Of a stretch of 55,587 nucleotides of DNA, positions 9,544 to 18,537 are shown piece after piece. The position numbers and the translations under genes were made by a program. Each line of letters begins with the position of its first letter. Positions within the stretch are counted from its first letter, which is position 1. The notes under the pieces are model-generated. The model saw only the letters and a list, made by a program, of their open reading frames with translations. It was not told where the DNA came from and made no database searches. Source of the stretch: an uncultured Ruminococcus sp. Its GTDB lineage: Bacteria > Bacillota > Clostridia > Oscillospirales > CAG-272. The DNA is taken from contig CACZAZ010000002.1 of NCBI GenBank assembly GCA_902779285.1, positions 1 to 55,587 of the forward strand, written 5' to 3'.

Positions 9544-9547
9544 GCGT

Positions 9548-9730
9548 TTACGGTTTTTCGTCCTGCTCCGTTTGTTCCGCCGTCTTTTTGCGGCGGCGGA
9601 CGCATTCGGTGAGAAGGTACTCGATCTGACCGTTCAGCGAGCGGAAGTCGTCCGCCGCCCACTGCGAAAGATCGGCGTAGAGTTTTGCCGAGAGACGGAG
9701 CGGGATCTGCTTCTTGCCCTCCGGCTCCAT
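9548..9730 (-). CDS. Arc-like ribbon-helix-helix DNA-binding protein
   Basis: [39 protein letters not shown]; start overlaps the SPFH stop (TGATG). Confidence 0.8.
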   Translation of the reverse strand: MEPEGKKQIPLRLSAKLYADLSQWAADDFRSLNGQIEYLLTECVRRRKKTAEQTEQDEKP

Positions 9731-10752
9731 CAGTAGAGACTCCCGGAGTTGACGACGGGCTGGGCGTCGTGGTTGCCGCAGAGAACGACGAGCAGATTGG
9801 AGACCATCGTCGCCTTGCGTTCCTCGTCAAGCTGAACGGTCCCCTTTTCCGCGAGCCGATCGAGCGCCATTTCGACCATCCCGACCGCGCCGTCGACGAT
9901 CATCTTGCGGGCGTCGATGATAGCGGACGCCTGCTGTCTCTGGAGCATCACGGCGGCGATCTCGGGCGCGTAGGCGAGGTAGGTGATCCGCGCCTCGACG
10001 ATCTCAAGACCCGCCTCGTTCACCTTCGACTGGATCTCGTCGCGGATGCGGAGCGCGACCAGTTCGCTCGAGCCGCGCAGACTGCCCTCGTCCGCGATCC
10101 CGTCGCCCGTCGTGTCGACGTTGGGAGCGACGTCGTAGGGATAGAGCCGGACGATATTCCGGAGCGCGGCGTCGCATTGGAGCGAGAGGTATTCCTTGTA
10201 GTTATCGACGTTGAAGACCGCCTTCGCGGTGTCGACCACGCGCCAGGTCACGGCGATCCCGATCTCGACCGGGTTGCCGAGGCAGTCGTTGATCTTCTGC
10301 CGGTTGTTGCTGAGCGTCATGATCTTGAGCGAAATGCGGGTGTTCGCGACCGCCGCGGCGTTCTTCTGATTCGAGGTCTGCCGCTCCGCGGGGACGGAGG
10401 AGGTCGAAACGTCGCCGCTCTGATTCAGTTTGGTCTTGGCGGCGGGGTTGACCGACGTGCAGAACGGATTGACCCAGTAGAAGCCGTCGCCCTTCAGCGT
10501 GCCGTAGTATTTACCGAACAGCGTGAGCACCAGCGCCTCCTGCGGTTTCAGCACCTTGAAGCCGAGGATCAGGATCCAGCCGAGGCAGAGATACGCGACG
10601 CAGGTACCGAAAAGCCCCGGATAGGCGGGCGTATCCTCCGTCCCGAGCGAGGCGCAGACCAGCAGTCCGACGAACGCCGCGACGTAGAGCGCGAGCATCA
10701 GGATCAGCATCAAAAAGCCGATCTTTTTCCCTGTGATGACCTTTTCTTCCAT
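9730..10752 (-). CDS. SPFH/band-7 domain membrane protein
   Basis: Two N-terminal TM segments; [59 protein letters not shown]. Confidence 0.9.
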   Translation of the reverse strand: MEEKVITGKKIGFLMLILMLALYVAAFVGLLVCASLGTEDTPAYPGLFGTCVAYLCLGWILILGFKVLKPQEALVLTLFGKYYGTLKGDGFYWVNPFCTSVNPAAKTKLNQSGDVSTSSVPAERQTSNQKNAAAVANTRISLKIMTLSNNRQKINDCLGNPVEIGIAVTWRVVDTAKAVFNVDNYKEYLSLQCDAALRNIVRLYPYDVAPNVDTTGDGIADEGSLRGSSELVALRIRDEIQSKVNEAGLEIVEARITYLAYAPEIAAVMLQRQQASAIIDARKMIVDGAVGMVEMALDRLAEKGTVQLDEERKATMVSNLLVVLCGNHDAQPVVNSGSLY

Positions 10753-10785
10753 GATTTGATTCCCTTTCTCGTATGTGTTTCAATT

Positions 10786-10841
10786 TGATATCGTTTTGAT
10801 ATCACCAAACGCAGTATAGCACGAAGAAACGGATTTGTCAA
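10786..10841 (-). promoter_or_regulatory. sigma-A promoter of SPFH-RHH operon with downstream dyad operator
   Basis: Minus strand TTGACA (10836-10841)-17-TATACT (10813-10818); TGATATC-N5-GATATCA at 10786-10804 just downstream of the -10. Confidence 0.7.
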
Positions 10842-11008
10842 GGGGTCGGAAGAAAAAATTGCGAGACGTCTTCGCGGACGCGCAACGCGATCTGCCGCAA
10901 AGCGCGTGCGACCGTCCGCGCCCGTGCGCGTATGAATAAAGGAAAACCGCGCCGCGTCACCTTCCCGACCCGCGCCGCATATCCTGTAAACGGAAAGGAG
11001 GCGCCGAA

Positions 11009-11167
11009 ATGAAATGCTGTAAACAAAGCGTATCGCCGACGACGGTCGCGGCGCTCGCGTTCGCCGCCGGGATCCTCCTGACGCGGTTTTTGCCGCCGGT
11101 CGCCCTCTCGGTTTTGCTCGCGGCGTTGATCCTCGCCGCAGGGATCGCCGCCCTCCTCCGCAAATGA
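11009..11167 (+). CDS. Small 52-aa two-TM protein upstream of SpoVM-like gene
   Basis: AAAGGAGG RBS; MKCCKQSVSPTTVAALAFAAGILLTRFLPPVALSVLLAALILAAGIAALLRK. Confidence 0.7.
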   Translation: MKCCKQSVSPTTVAALAFAAGILLTRFLPPVALSVLLAALILAAGIAALLRK

Positions 11168-11211
11168 CCGACCGTAAGAAAGGAGCGTTTCCGCCCCCGC
11201 GGAAGAATCGT

Positions 11212-11292
11212 ATGAAGATCGTACTCGTCCGTCCGCCCCGCTTTCTCCGTCCTCTGCTCCGGAAACTCTGCGGAGTGAAAAAAGAAAAATAA
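11212..11292 (+). CDS. spoVM: Stage V sporulation protein SpoVM-like amphipathic peptide (26 aa)
   Basis: MKIVLVRPPRFLRPLLRKLCGVKKEK matches the size and pattern of B. subtilis SpoVM (MKFYTIKLPKFLGGIVRAMLGSFRKD), including Pro9; in-frame alternative ATG at 11164 overlaps the upstream stop. Confidence 0.7.
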   Translation: MKIVLVRPPRFLRPLLRKLCGVKKEK

Positions 11293-11318
11293 GATCCCCT
11301 TTTGCGTCGGGGGATCTT
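11291..11318. terminator. Terminator hairpin after spoVM
   Basis: AAGATCCCC...GGGGATCTT. Confidence 0.6.
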
Positions 11319-11333
11319 AAAGCGATCTACCTT

Positions 11334-11712
11334 TTCGTTTCCGGTCTGCGCCGGTTCCGTTTTTTGGAGACCGCCGGAGCAGGATGCAGAATCCCCGTTC
11401 TCGACCCGAAGCTATATCTACATACTGCGAGGGTTAGCGAGCAAAAACGCCCCAGTGGGGCGTTTTTACGAAGTGGTGTCGCCCCAAGCAAGGAGTGTGG
11501 GGTGTGCGACACGGCGCGCGCCCCGGACGACTATGCGACGGCGACTGGGCAACGAGAACGGGGAGAGGAAACGAATACTAAAAAAGGAGAAAACCGCCCA
11601 CCCGGGCGGTTTTCCACCTTAATTGCGTTCAACTATGCGAGGGAAATGCACAGAGAAAAATGCTTTAACGAATAATCAACGATCCCTTCGTTTCCGGTCT
11701 GCGCCGGTTCCG
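11334..11712. repeat. 26-bp direct repeats enclosing a 327-bp structured segment with a 12-bp inverted repeat
   Basis: TTCGTTTCCGGTCTGCGCCGGTTCCG at 11334-11359 and 11687-11712; TCCCCGTTCTCG (11392-11403) / CGAGAACGGGGA (11553-11564); internal hairpins. Confidence 0.8.
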
Positions 11713-11716
11713 GCGG

Positions 11717-12454
11717 TCAAGGCGTCAGCCACCGTCGGAGCAGCGCCTCGTACCGGGCTCTGTTTTCAAGCGCCTTGTCGCGCTGAAAAAGCGAGAGCGC
11801 CGAGATCCCGTTCCGGATCGCGATCACCGTTCCCTCCGGGAAGGCGGAGAAGGCGGGGTCGTGAGCGAAAACGGTATAGCCGAGTTTGATCCCGTACTCG
11901 CCCGAGAACGCCTGATCGGGCGTGCCTTCGGGGGCGAACTGCCGGATCTCGAGGAACGCGCCGGAACTCGACTGCGTTTCTTCAAGCACCTCGGGGTCCA
12001 TAAAGAACAGGATCGCGTTGCCGGTCTTGATCTCATCCGAGAGCAGTTCGCGGTTCGCCATGATCTGCGCGCCGCTGACCGTCAACCCGTCGTCCGCGTG
12101 TTCCTCGCGGAACGCCGCGATCTGATCGTTGGTCATCATAAACAGGAACGAGAACGCGATCTTCGCGTCGCGCCCGTCCTCGCCCGCGGCGGTCCCGACG
12201 GAGGTGATGATCGCGCTCTGCTGCGCCCCCGTGAACCCGCCCGGTCCGACGTAGTAGAAATAGTAGTCGGGCTCGCGGCGCCGGCAGGTGGAGAGCGTCA
12301 CGAAAAGCACCGCGAAGATACCGATCGCGGCGAGAATGACCCGCCATTTGTAATGGTACCAGAAGTTGTCGAACCAATGCCAGACCCTGCCGTGTCTGAC
12401 GTGCAGTTCGCCGCCCTCCAGTTTGTCCCGTCCGGGCTGCTCTTGCGGCTCCAT
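11717..12454 (-). CDS. Hypothetical membrane-anchored protein (NFWYHYKW motif before a TM helix)
   Basis: GAAGGAGGG RBS before ATG 12454; WFDNFWYHYKWRVILAAIGIFAVLFVTL then a soluble domain; promoter TTGATT-17-TATACT at 12482-12510. Confidence 0.75.
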   Translation of the reverse strand: MEPQEQPGRDKLEGGELHVRHGRVWHWFDNFWYHYKWRVILAAIGIFAVLFVTLSTCRRREPDYYFYYVGPGGFTGAQQSAIITSVGTAAGEDGRDAKIAFSFLFMMTNDQIAAFREEHADDGLTVSGAQIMANRELLSDEIKTGNAILFFMDPEVLEETQSSSGAFLEIRQFAPEGTPDQAFSGEYGIKLGYTVFAHDPAFSAFPEGTVIAIRNGISALSLFQRDKALENRARYEALLRRWLTP

Positions 12455-12712
12455 TTCGCCCTCCTTCGTTTCTTCTCTGCCAGTATAGCACAGATCGCTT
12501 TGAAAATCAAGTGTGGGAAAAACCGGGCGCCGGGACATGCCCCCCTTTTGACCCGGTCACGGTCGCGCCTGCGAGGTGTCAAAGCGCCGCCTGCGGGTCG
12601 TCACGACGCCCGTTGTGAGAGGGTCAAAAGAGCGCCGTTCCCGCGCGTAAAAGACGCCGTGAAAAGGCACGGGGGTCGTCGTGATTTTTTTAGGGAAATC
12701 GGGCGTTTTCCC

Positions 12713-12741
12713 TTGACAGACCGCCCCGCGTATGGTATACT
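12713..12741 (+). promoter_or_regulatory. sigma-A promoter of nuclease/ATPase operon
   Basis: TTGACA-17-TATACT with TG extended -10. Confidence 0.75.
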
Positions 12742-12772
12742 TTTCCCGACAAAACCGAGAGGGGGAAGATAG

Positions 12773-13843
12773 ATGAAACTGATCCATACCGCCGACCTGC
12801 ACCTCGGGTCGAAGATCGAGGGCAAGTTCCCGGAAAGCAAGTCCAAACAGCGCCGCGCGGAACTGCGAAACGCGTTTACCCGCATGATCGAGCGGGCGCG
12901 GGAACTCGGCGCCGAGGCGATTTTGATCGCGGGCGACGTCTTCGACACCGACCCGGCGACCCCGGAAGACTACGCTTTCTTTTTCGGCGCGATCAAGGCG
13001 AACGCCGATCTGACTTTCCTCCTGCTGCACGGCAACCACGACGCGGGCGTTCCCTTTCCCGCCGACGTCCCCAACCTCTTCACCTTCGGGGAGAAATGGA
13101 AGGTCTGGGAGGGGGACGGGGTCGCGGTGTCGGGGATCGAGATGACGGAGGACAACTGCGCCTCCCTCTACGACGGTTTCTCCCCCGTACCGGGCAAAAC
13201 CAATATCGTGACGCTCCACGGCGGGCTCGGTTCGTCGCCCGCCGTCGGGACGGTGGTGTTATCGAAACTCTCCGACCGGGGGATCGACTACCTTGCGCTG
13301 GGCGACTACCACGCGCGGCAGGACGGAAAACTCGACGCGCGGGGGGTCTGGGCGTACCCCGGCTGTCCCGAGGGGCGCGGCTTCGACGAGCCGGGCGAGA
13401 AGGGATTTCTGCTTCTGACGGTCGAAAACGGCGCGGTCAAGACCGAATTCATCCCCCACGCATACCGCACGCTCCGGGTGTACGACTGCGACGTTTCCGA
13501 AGCGCCGGACGAGTACGGGGCGATCGATACGGCGCGGAAACTGATCTCGGACGCCGACCCGAAGGACCCGATCCGCCTGATCTTCACCGGCGCGGTCACG
13601 TTCGACCGGACCAATCTCGCCCACAACGCGGAAACGCGGCTGAACGACGAGCGCATGCACTATTTCGTGTCGGTGAAGGACAAGACGAAAGCCGCCCTCG
13701 ATCTCGACGCGATACGGAAAGAGGTCTCCCTGCGCGGGGAGTTCCTCAACCTGCTCGACAAAAAAGAGGGGCTCTCGGACGAGGACAGGTCCGCGATCCT
13801 CGAACTCGGATTACGGGCGCTGACCGGACAAGACGTGAACTGA
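12773..13843 (+). CDS. SbcD/Mre11-like (YhaO-type) metallophosphoesterase
   Basis: IHTADLHLG, AGDVFD, HGNHD, TLHG, YLALGDYH, AYPGCPEGRGFDEPGEKG. Confidence 0.9.
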   Translation: MKLIHTADLHLGSKIEGKFPESKSKQRRAELRNAFTRMIERARELGAEAILIAGDVFDTDPATPEDYAFFFGAIKANADLTFLLLHGNHDAGVPFPADVPNLFTFGEKWKVWEGDGVAVSGIEMTEDNCASLYDGFSPVPGKTNIVTLHGGLGSSPAVGTVVLSKLSDRGIDYLALGDYHARQDGKLDARGVWAYPGCPEGRGFDEPGEKGFLLLTVENGAVKTEFIPHAYRTLRVYDCDVSEAPDEYGAIDTARKLISDADPKDPIRLIFTGAVTFDRTNLAHNAETRLNDERMHYFVSVKDKTKAALDLDAIRKEVSLRGEFLNLLDKKEGLSDEDRSAILELGLRALTGQDVN

Positions 13844-13855
13844 AAGGAGCCGAAT

Positions 13856-16060
13856 ATGAAACTGATCTCCTGTCATATCAACCGCTTCGGGGCGATCGCG
13901 GATAAAGACTACCGATTCGACCCCGCGCTGAACGGCGTCCTCGGTGAGAACGGCGCCGGAAAGACCACGCTCGCCGCGTTCCTCTCCGCGATGCTCTACG
14001 GGCTGCCCGGCGACCGCGTCAACGCGAAGGACCTGACCGCGAGAAAGCACTACTGTCCCTTCGGGGGCGGGAGTTTCGGCGGCTCGCTGATCTTTGAAAG
14101 CGATTCGGGCGACAAGTATCGGATCGAACGCACCTTCGACGAGAAGAGCGATACCCGCGACGAACTGACGGTCTATAAAAACGACCGCGAGATCGCGTGC
14201 GATAATCCCGGCGAAGAACTCTTCGGCGTGGACGAGGACGCGTTCACCCGGACGGTGTTCCTCTCCGCCGACACGCTCGATCCCGAGCCCGGAAAAACCA
14301 TCGTCGACCGTCTCTGCGAGGCGCTCTCGGCTTCCCCCGACGGCGTTCCGGCAAAGAAAGCCGTCGAAGCGCTGAATAACGCGGCGAAAAAGATCGTGCC
14401 GGAGCGCGGCGCCAAGAGCAGCGGCGAACTGTTTTTTGCAAAGAAAGCGGCGGCGGATATCGAGAACGAGCTCCGCGCGGCGCGGGATCAGGCGAAACTC
14501 CTGCCGGGGCTGAAAGAAGAACGCGCGAAAGCCGAGGCGGAACGGAAGGTCCTCGACGCCCGCAAACTTTGGGGTTCCTACGACGATCTGCTGTCTCAGG
14601 CGAACGCCGCCGAAAAGCGGCTCGCGGAGTCGGACGCCCGCTTCCAAAACGGCGTGCCGGACGAGACCTCGCTTGCAGACGCCGAGCAAAAGATTTTTCT
14701 CCGCGACCGTTTGACGCGCGACGCGGAAACGCCGTTCGTCCCGACTTCCCGGCAAGCCGAACTCGCCGCGAAATTTGAAACGAAGCGCCCGGACGAGGCG
14801 GCTCTCTCGGAAATGGAAAGCAAAGCGCGATCGATCCGCGAAGCGCAAGCGGTAACGATCCCGGTCGCAGATCCGCAAAACCCCTCCCCCGAAAAGCCGA
14901 AAAGCGCGGGGTGGCTGTTCCCCGTCGCCGCGATCGGGGGGCTCCTGTTCCTTGCGGGTCTGATCTTTCTGATCCTCTCGATGACCGTTCCCGGCGCGAT
15001 CCTGCTCGGGGTCGGGGTATTCGATCTCGGCGCCGCGGCGTTCATTATGATCCAGGGGAAGGTCTCGGCGCTGGAGAAAACGATCGCGATCACGGATCCC
15101 GGCGGCGCGGAACGGGCGCGGAGGATGCAGCTTGACGCGGATCTTTCGGCTCTGCTCGCGCCCTACGGCTATTCGTCGGGGGACGGCGCGCTCGCGGCGT
15201 TTGCCGAACTGAAGCGCGACCTGGACGACCTCGCGGCGCTCGAAAAAGAGAAGGCGCAAGCCGCCGAACGATGCGCGGAGGCGAAAGAACGGCTCGCCCT
15301 GCTCGACGGGGAACTGACCTCGTTCTTCGCGGGATACGGTCTCTCCTGTGACGCCGGATTCCGCTCGGCTCTGAACGCTCTTCGCGACGCGGTCCGGGAA
15401 CGGCAGATTCTGCGGCAGGACGCCGAGCGGGCGAGAAAGAGCGCGGAAGAGTTCGCCCGAAAGCAGGGATTGACCGAACGCCCGACGGGGGATCCCGCGG
15501 ATCCCGAAAAACTCGACGCGCTGAAAGAACGCGAGAATCAACTTCTGATCCGTATCCACGCCGCGGAGAAAGCGGCGAACGAGGTGCCGGAACTGGAGGA
15601 CGCGCTCGACCGCGCGAAAGAGCGGATCGAAACGTTGAAAGAACGCTACGACCGCCTGACCGCCGCCCGCGACCTGCTTGCACGGGCGCAGGAGGATCTG
15701 GTCAGCCGCTACGTGGATCCGGTGAAGACCTCCTTTACGGCATACGCCGACGCACTCTCCTCTTTTCTCGGGAAGAAGGTCTCGCTCGACGCACAGTTCA
15801 ATCTGACCTACGAGGAGGCGGGCGCGTATCGCAGCTATCGCCACCTGTCGGACGGGGAGAAGACCGTCGCCGCGCTCTGTCTCCGGATGGCGCTCGCGGA
15901 TAACCTGTACGAGGGAAAGGAGCAGCCGCCCCTGATCCTCGACGATCCGCTCGTGCATCTGGACGAAAACAACCTCAAACGCGCGATCGAACTTCTTCAC
16001 GAGGTCGCGAAGAAACGCCAGATCGTTTGCCTCACCTGTCACCCCAGCCGAGCGGTGTGA
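13856..16060 (+). CDS. SbcC/Rad50-like (YhaN-type) split AAA ATPase with coiled coils and central TM hairpin
   Basis: Walker A GENGAGKTT; C-terminal LSDGEK signature, LILDDPLVHLD, LTCH; hydrophobic GWLFPVAAIGGLLFLAGLIFLIL...GAAAFIMI. Confidence 0.85.
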   Translation: MKLISCHINRFGAIADKDYRFDPALNGVLGENGAGKTTLAAFLSAMLYGLPGDRVNAKDLTARKHYCPFGGGSFGGSLIFESDSGDKYRIERTFDEKSDTRDELTVYKNDREIACDNPGEELFGVDEDAFTRTVFLSADTLDPEPGKTIVDRLCEALSASPDGVPAKKAVEALNNAAKKIVPERGAKSSGELFFAKKAAADIENELRAARDQAKLLPGLKEERAKAEAERKVLDARKLWGSYDDLLSQANAAEKRLAESDARFQNGVPDETSLADAEQKIFLRDRLTRDAETPFVPTSRQAELAAKFETKRPDEAALSEMESKARSIREAQAVTIPVADPQNPSPEKPKSAGWLFPVAAIGGLLFLAGLIFLILSMTVPGAILLGVGVFDLGAAAFIMIQGKVSALEKTIAITDPGGAERARRMQLDADLSALLAPYGYSSGDGALAAFAELKRDLDDLAALEKEKAQAAERCAEAKERLALLDGELTSFFAGYGLSCDAGFRSALNALRDAVRERQILRQDAERARKSAEEFARKQGLTERPTGDPADPEKLDALKERENQLLIRIHAAEKAANEVPELEDALDRAKERIETLKERYDRLTAARDLLARAQEDLVSRYVDPVKTSFTAYADALSSFLGKKVSLDAQFNLTYEEAGAYRSYRHLSDGEKTVAALCLRMALADNLYEGKEQPPLILDDPLVHLDENNLKRAIELLHEVAKKRQIVCLTCHPSRAV

Positions 16061-16230
16061 CCTCTCTTATGCCTCCCCAACGGGGGAGGTGGCGCGGGAA
16101 CCGTGACGGAAGGGGCAAGGAGTACGTCCACTTTCTTAGAAGAAAGTGGAGCAAAGAATTTCAATATGGGAATTATTAAGCAAAACGGCGAGTGCGCTCG
16201 CCGTTTTGCTTTATTATCTTTGCTTGTGCG

Positions 16231-16257
16231 CGGGACGTCGAGGACGCCGTCCCCTAC
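16231..16257 (-). repeat. GTAG-type REP palindrome
   Basis: Minus strand GTAG-GGGACG-GCGTCCTCGA-CGTCCC-G; a second REP-like hairpin CCTCCCC/GGGGAGG lies at 16072-16089. Confidence 0.6.
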
Positions 16258-16274
16258 CGCAAACGCGTACTCCT

Positions 16275-17621
16275 TTACGCGTTCTCCTCGCTCGGGAGGA
16301 AATACTCTTCCCTGTCGGTCGGTTTATCGTCCTCGTAGATCCATTGCTGGGCGGGGAGGGTATTCTGCCACTTGCCGCCGGCGGCGCGATGTACTTCCTC
16401 GACGGCGATCTGCCACTTGGTGGTGACCTTGCGTTCGGGGTGGAACTCGAAATACTGCCCGCCGAAGAACGCGCCGAAGTAGGACGAATCGGTCTCCATC
16501 ACGACCGAGATCATATTGACCGTCTTATTGTGCAACTCAAACGGCTCGCCGTGCTTGGTCCCCACGAACGAGAACTCGTCGCGGGTCAGGCGGATCACGC
16601 CCTCGCCGCAGATCTCGCTCGTCACGGTCTTCGGAACGTAGTGATCGGTCGGGAGATAGCCGAGTTTGACCTTTTCCTCCAGCACGTAGTCGGGGTTATC
16701 CTTGATCGCGCGGTACTCGCGGCGGCGCTGCAGTTCAAACCAGACGCGCAGGTCTTTCGGGATCAGGCAATCGGGGGTCAGCGGGTGCAGATCGTAATAC
16801 TCGTCGATCGTCATCCCGTTCCCGCAGGCGGTGCAGCGGAAGGTGTTGCCCTCGCCGTAATTGGTCAGTTCCGCGCCGCACTTCGGACACCAGTAGAGAT
16901 GCTCCTCGAGTTTCACGGCGACGTCCTCGTTGCCGGCGTACTTGATCCGATGCTCGCGGTTCCAGGCGAAATCGTCGTTGTAGATCGCGGCGTTGATTTT
17001 GGCGTCCATCTCCGAAACCGACAATTCCTTGATCTCCTCGGGAGTGAACAGCCGATCCACCGTGATCACGACCTTGCCCGGGCGATTCTTGATGTTCCAT
17101 TGGGTGTTCGACAGGTACCCGCCCGAGATGCGGGTCGCGAGGACCGGAACGCCGAGATTCTTGAACAGTTCCGACGTGCCGGGGATGATCGGCTGGTTGG
17201 TGCCCGAGATGCTCGACTTCCCCTCCGGGAAGAAGATCACGTTCCCGCCCTTGTTGATCACCGACTTGATCTCGCGGATGCAATGGAAGTCCGCGACGAA
17301 GTTCTTTTTCGGAATGACGCGGCAGAGTTTGAAGATCAGGTGCATGTGCGCCCGGTGGAACTCGATGTCCGACGCCATATAGTTCATCGGCTGCGGATAC
17401 AGCGCGCAGCCCACGTACTCCCAGTCGCAGCGCGAGGTGTGATTCGAGACCACGATGAACGGCCCCTTGATCTTCTTCATACCGACGTTGTCGACCACCT
17501 CGCAGTTCATCTTCTTCGCCTGCGGTCCCGCGAGAACGTAACGCAGGATCTTGTAGAACAGCCGGTTGACCGGTTTTCCCTTGTGCTTCGCCAGATAAGT
17601 TTTGATGTCCAGTTCGCCCAT
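16275..17621 (-). CDS. PlsC-like lysophospholipid acyltransferase with C-terminal zinc-ribbon extension
   Basis: VVSNHTSRCD (HX4D), IFFPEGKSS; CPKC...CTAC. Confidence 0.85.
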   Translation of the reverse strand: MGELDIKTYLAKHKGKPVNRLFYKILRYVLAGPQAKKMNCEVVDNVGMKKIKGPFIVVSNHTSRCDWEYVGCALYPQPMNYMASDIEFHRAHMHLIFKLCRVIPKKNFVADFHCIREIKSVINKGGNVIFFPEGKSSISGTNQPIIPGTSELFKNLGVPVLATRISGGYLSNTQWNIKNRPGKVVITVDRLFTPEEIKELSVSEMDAKINAAIYNDDFAWNREHRIKYAGNEDVAVKLEEHLYWCPKCGAELTNYGEGNTFRCTACGNGMTIDEYYDLHPLTPDCLIPKDLRVWFELQRRREYRAIKDNPDYVLEEKVKLGYLPTDHYVPKTVTSEICGEGVIRLTRDEFSFVGTKHGEPFELHNKTVNMISVVMETDSSYFGAFFGGQYFEFHPERKVTTKWQIAVEEVHRAAGGKWQNTLPAQQWIYEDDKPTDREEYFLPSEENA

Positions 17622-17734
17622 ACTATGCTCCTTACGGTTTGTTTAGCGGGAATGATCCCCCATCTGTTTCAGTATACCAGATGAACGGATTTTTGTAAAG
17701 AGGTGCGGGTAATATTTTTGGGAGAATTCGGGTC

Positions 17735-18352
17735 TTACCCGATGAACATCTGGGTCCAATAGTTGCCGTCCGCGACGTAGCCGACCCCGATCACGGTAAA
17801 CGACGGATTCAGGATATTGGCGCGGTGTCCCTCCGAGTTCATCCAGCCGTCCACGACGGAGGCGGGGGTCGGGTAGCCCATCGCGATATTCTCACCCGCC
17901 GTCCGGTAGGCGAGCCCGAAGGCGCGCATCATCTCAAACGGCGAGCCGTAGGTCGGGCTGACGTGCGAGAAATAACGCTTTTCCCGCATATCGCGCGACT
18001 TGAAGCGGGCGACGCGCGAGAGTTCCCAGTTCTCCTCCAGTTTGCCAAGCCCCCGCTCCGCGCGGATCGCGTTCACGAGTTCGACGACCTCCCGCTCGTA
18101 CGCCGAAACCGAATCGTCCGGGAGCGGAACGTGCAGAACGTCGCCGGGGTAGATCCAATGCGGGTCCTTGATCTGCGGGTTGGCGGCGATGATCTCGTCA
18201 AGACCCACGCGGTAGCGCACGGCGGTTTTCCACATGGTGTCGCCGGGTACGACGGTATGATCGATCGTCGCGGCGGCGGCGGGGAGAGCGAGCAGCAGGG
18301 CAAAAAGCAAGGCGAGGAGGGAGATCCGGATCGGTTTTCGACTTTGTTTCAC
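17735..18352 (-). CDS. SafA/ExsA-like spore protein: signal peptide, LysM and CAP (YkwD-like) domains
   Basis: HTVVPGDTMWK..YRVGLDEIIAANPQIKDPHWIYPGDVL; CAP motifs YFSHVSPTYGSPF, AGENIA, WMNSEGHRANIL. Confidence 0.85.
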   Translation of the reverse strand: MKQSRKPIRISLLALLFALLLALPAAAATIDHTVVPGDTMWKTAVRYRVGLDEIIAANPQIKDPHWIYPGDVLHVPLPDDSVSAYEREVVELVNAIRAERGLGKLEENWELSRVARFKSRDMREKRYFSHVSPTYGSPFEMMRAFGLAYRTAGENIAMGYPTPASVVDGWMNSEGHRANILNPSFTVIGVGYVADGNYWTQMFIG

Positions 18353-18537
18353 GGTTTCATCCTTTCAAGTTTGTGATGGCGATAGTCTGCCCCGATCCAA
18401 CCGACGAAAAACAGGGGAACGCAGGGGAAAAAACCTATGTTTCCCGAGTACGGCGCCCCTTGACAGTTTTGAGGAAAGCGTGCTATAATTTTCCCGTATT
18501 CAGCCCGGCGTTCGCCGGGGAAACAAGGAGAGCCGAA

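Noticed and set aside
12545-12630. 10-bp inverted repeat CTTTTGACCC/GGGTCAAAAG between divergent genes as a MITE
   Set aside because: Short, no target duplication, single occurrence; could be chance or regulatory.
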